Assembly (NCBI GenBank): GCA_020137815.1
Contig: CM035360.1
Location: forward strand, 7,688,001-7,752,000
DNA: 64,000 nucleotides
Source: Hormiphora californensis
Lineage: Eukaryota; Animalia; Ctenophora
Direction: 5' to 3'
Both the position numbers and the translations under genes were made by a program. The first letter of the stretch is position 1. Each line of letters starts with the position of its first letter. Shown piece by piece: positions 59,906 to 64,000 of this stretch. The notes under the pieces were generated by a model. The model ran no database searches. It saw only the letters and a list, made by a program, of their open reading frames with translations, and was not told where the DNA came from.

Positions 59906-61648
59906 ATGTTGTTATTGGTTTTCTCGCTCTTGCTGCTGTCCCTAGGGTCTGCACAACGAAGACAGAAAATACCGACAATCTCCACCCCTCTCCAGAACAC
60001 CACTGTCAATGTGGGTGATACTGTCACCCTGAGGTGTGTTGGATCCTCCCGTCCTGCTCCTAATATTGGTATTGGGGCTCGAGGTGACAGCTCCTTTATG
60101 GTGGACACACCACCTAAAAGGAGGAGACAGAAGGAGGAGGAGACACGGGATGCCGTGATAGTGCTGCGTGATGTGACAGAGGAGGATGGAGGCTGGTACG
60201 ATTGTAAGGTGGTCAACCAGAAGGGAACCGCAGTTTCATCAGCTTATATCACTGTCAAGAAGGATCCTTGTGATCTGGGCTGTCCCGGTGAGTATGCGGT
60301 GGTGTGTGCTACTGACTGCAAGGTCTACTACTCTGAATGCATCATGAAGGAGAGTTCCTGTCGTAACAAATCTGATCTGAAGATCCTAAACAAAGGTTAC
60401 TGCAGCGCCAAGATTTCCTCTCCTGTAATCGGAACCACCACAACTTCAACTGCTCTGAACGGAGGAAGGGCCCGATTAACAGTATCTGTGTCTGGATTCC
60501 CAGAGCCTGAAGTAACATGGTACAAGCGAGAGGGGGCTGCCAAGCAGAGGATAGGAACCGGTTCCACGGTTTCAGTCTATGAGCCGGGGACATACTTTGC
60601 TACTGCTAAGAATTGTATTGACCGATTTGCAAATAGCCGGGAGATAGAGGTAGCGGATGAAAGTGCAGAGAGTCCAACTTCTCCACTCCCCGGCACCACG
60701 ACATACCTAACTGATACTCCTGACAACATTGAGGTCATTGTGGAGGATGGAGATATTTCTGAGATAGATCTGGCGGCAATGGACCACTGCACAATGCTAG
60801 GCGGGGGTAACGTGATAACGTTCGATGACTGGCGTTATGAGTTTGAGGGAGAGTGCTCCTATGTGCTGGCTATGGACTGTGACTTTGCTTCCTGGTTTGT
60901 GTATGTGAGGTTTAGTGAATGTGAGACGGGGAGGTGTCTAGATACCCTGACAGTGATTGATGGAACTACCCAGCTCCCTGTAGTCCGGGGTTGGGCCATG
61001 TCGGACTACGGACAGAAGGTCGAGTACCGGGAGGGAGAGGTGGTGAGGGTAGGGGGTATATCGGCTAAACTAAAGAACGAGCAGCTGACCCTGACCATGA
61101 GGGGTGGTGTCAAGGTGGTGTATGATGGGTACAGTGTGGTGCACGTGTTTGTACCTAAAGGATCCATGACATGTGGTATCTGTGGAAACAATGACGGGGA
61201 CAGTTCTAATGATGTGGTGCAGGGACGGAGGAGATACCAAACTGAGCAGGAGATGGCCAACTTTGTGGATTCCTGGAGGATTAGATCCCCCTCCCACGAG
61301 ACAAGATGTACTCCTGTCACTGAGAAGACCCTGAGACCAAGTTATACCTGTTCAGATGACAATCTAAGAAGGGAGGAGTCGGTTAACTGTAGAAAGTTGT
61401 ACTCCCTCCTAGACAACACGTGTTTTGATACCCGACAACTGAGGTTCCTGTTTGATAGCTGCAGATATGACGCCTGCTACGGGGAGGAACCTCTGGAGGG
61501 CTACTCCAGGGCGTGTTACACTGGTAGAGCCATGGCCACCTTGTGTGGAACAGATTTCACTGAGTGGGAGGACCTGTTAGAGTGTGGCACGAAGTCAGAA
61601 CGGAAGGAAGCCATCATTAGCCGAGGTTGCCCAGGCCCAGAGGATTAA
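59906..61648 (+). CDS. Secreted Ig-Kazal-Ig-VWD(-C8-like) protein, single coding exon, 580 aa
   Basis: Signal peptide; Ig (GDTVTLRC..EDGGWYDC); Kazal (CPGEYAVVCATD..YYSEC..C..GYC); second Ig (VSGFPEPEVTWYK); VWD (C....GNVITFDD..Y.FEGECSYVLA..TCGICGNNDGDSSND); Cys-rich tail (SCRYDAC). Confidence 0.88.
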   Translation: MLLLVFSLLLLSLGSAQRRQKIPTISTPLQNTTVNVGDTVTLRCVGSSRPAPNIGIGARGDSSFMVDTPPKRRRQKEEETRDAVIVLRDVTEEDGGWYDCKVVNQKGTAVSSAYITVKKDPCDLGCPGEYAVVCATDCKVYYSECIMKESSCRNKSDLKILNKGYCSAKISSPVIGTTTTSTALNGGRARLTVSVSGFPEPEVTWYKREGAAKQRIGTGSTVSVYEPGTYFATAKNCIDRFANSREIEVADESAESPTSPLPGTTTYLTDTPDNIEVIVEDGDISEIDLAAMDHCTMLGGGNVITFDDWRYEFEGECSYVLAMDCDFASWFVYVRFSECETGRCLDTLTVIDGTTQLPVVRGWAMSDYGQKVEYREGEVVRVGGISAKLKNEQLTLTMRGGVKVVYDGYSVVHVFVPKGSMTCGICGNNDGDSSNDVVQGRRRYQTEQEMANFVDSWRIRSPSHETRCTPVTEKTLRPSYTCSDDNLRREESVNCRKLYSLLDNTCFDTRQLRFLFDSCRYDACYGEEPLEGYSRACYTGRAMATLCGTDFTEWEDLLECGTKSERKEAIISRGCPGPED

Positions 61649-61832
61649 CTGCGTCCTATAGGAGGAGGAGTAACTATCCTAGAGAGAGAGAACAGTTTTT
61701 ATCATTATCAGAGCAGGACTCTGCAGCACAAATCAATTCAGTATGTCCGTTTATAAACAATTTTATACAGAAATAATACAAATCCCAAATTGAAACATTA
61801 TTAAAACACTAAATGATCGTCCTTTTCTTTTT

Positions 61833-64000
<2,168 letters not shown>

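Overview
Compact, intron-rich animal genomic DNA, most likely a ctenophore (Pleurobrachia-like). That assignment rests on my recall of a repeat at ~55.7 kb and a lineage-typical secreted domain, not on a search. Genes in order: 3' part of KDM1B/LSD2 (+); SPAG1 (+, 4.1-25.9 kb), whose 10.9 kb fourth intron holds an antisense TRPM-like channel and an antisense secreted-protein gene; an intronless KAT6/MOZ-type acetyltransferase (+); 14-3-3 (+); an unknown gene (-) interrupted by a TG..CA element carrying its own ORF; a cathepsin F-like protease (-); a PH-domain, tyrosine-motif-rich adaptor locus (-, 43.7-57.1 kb); an orphan secreted protein (-); a secreted Ig-Kazal-Ig-VWD protein (+); and the 3' end of a divergent alpha-spectrin (-). 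The best candidate for a new system is the adaptor locus: two tandem paralogous first coding exons, each with a phase-1 donor, match one shared chain of exons, and a ~1000-codon Pro/Lys-rich ORF sits in a same-strand intron. Introns carry nested non-autonomous DNA transposons, a 1.3 kb foldback, Helitron-like elements, satellites and recurrent tandem duplications of splice acceptors. Many frameshifts look like two heterozygous alleles merged in the consensus, so they are treated as assembly artefacts. Exon models were built by eye and need RNA-seq confirmation.
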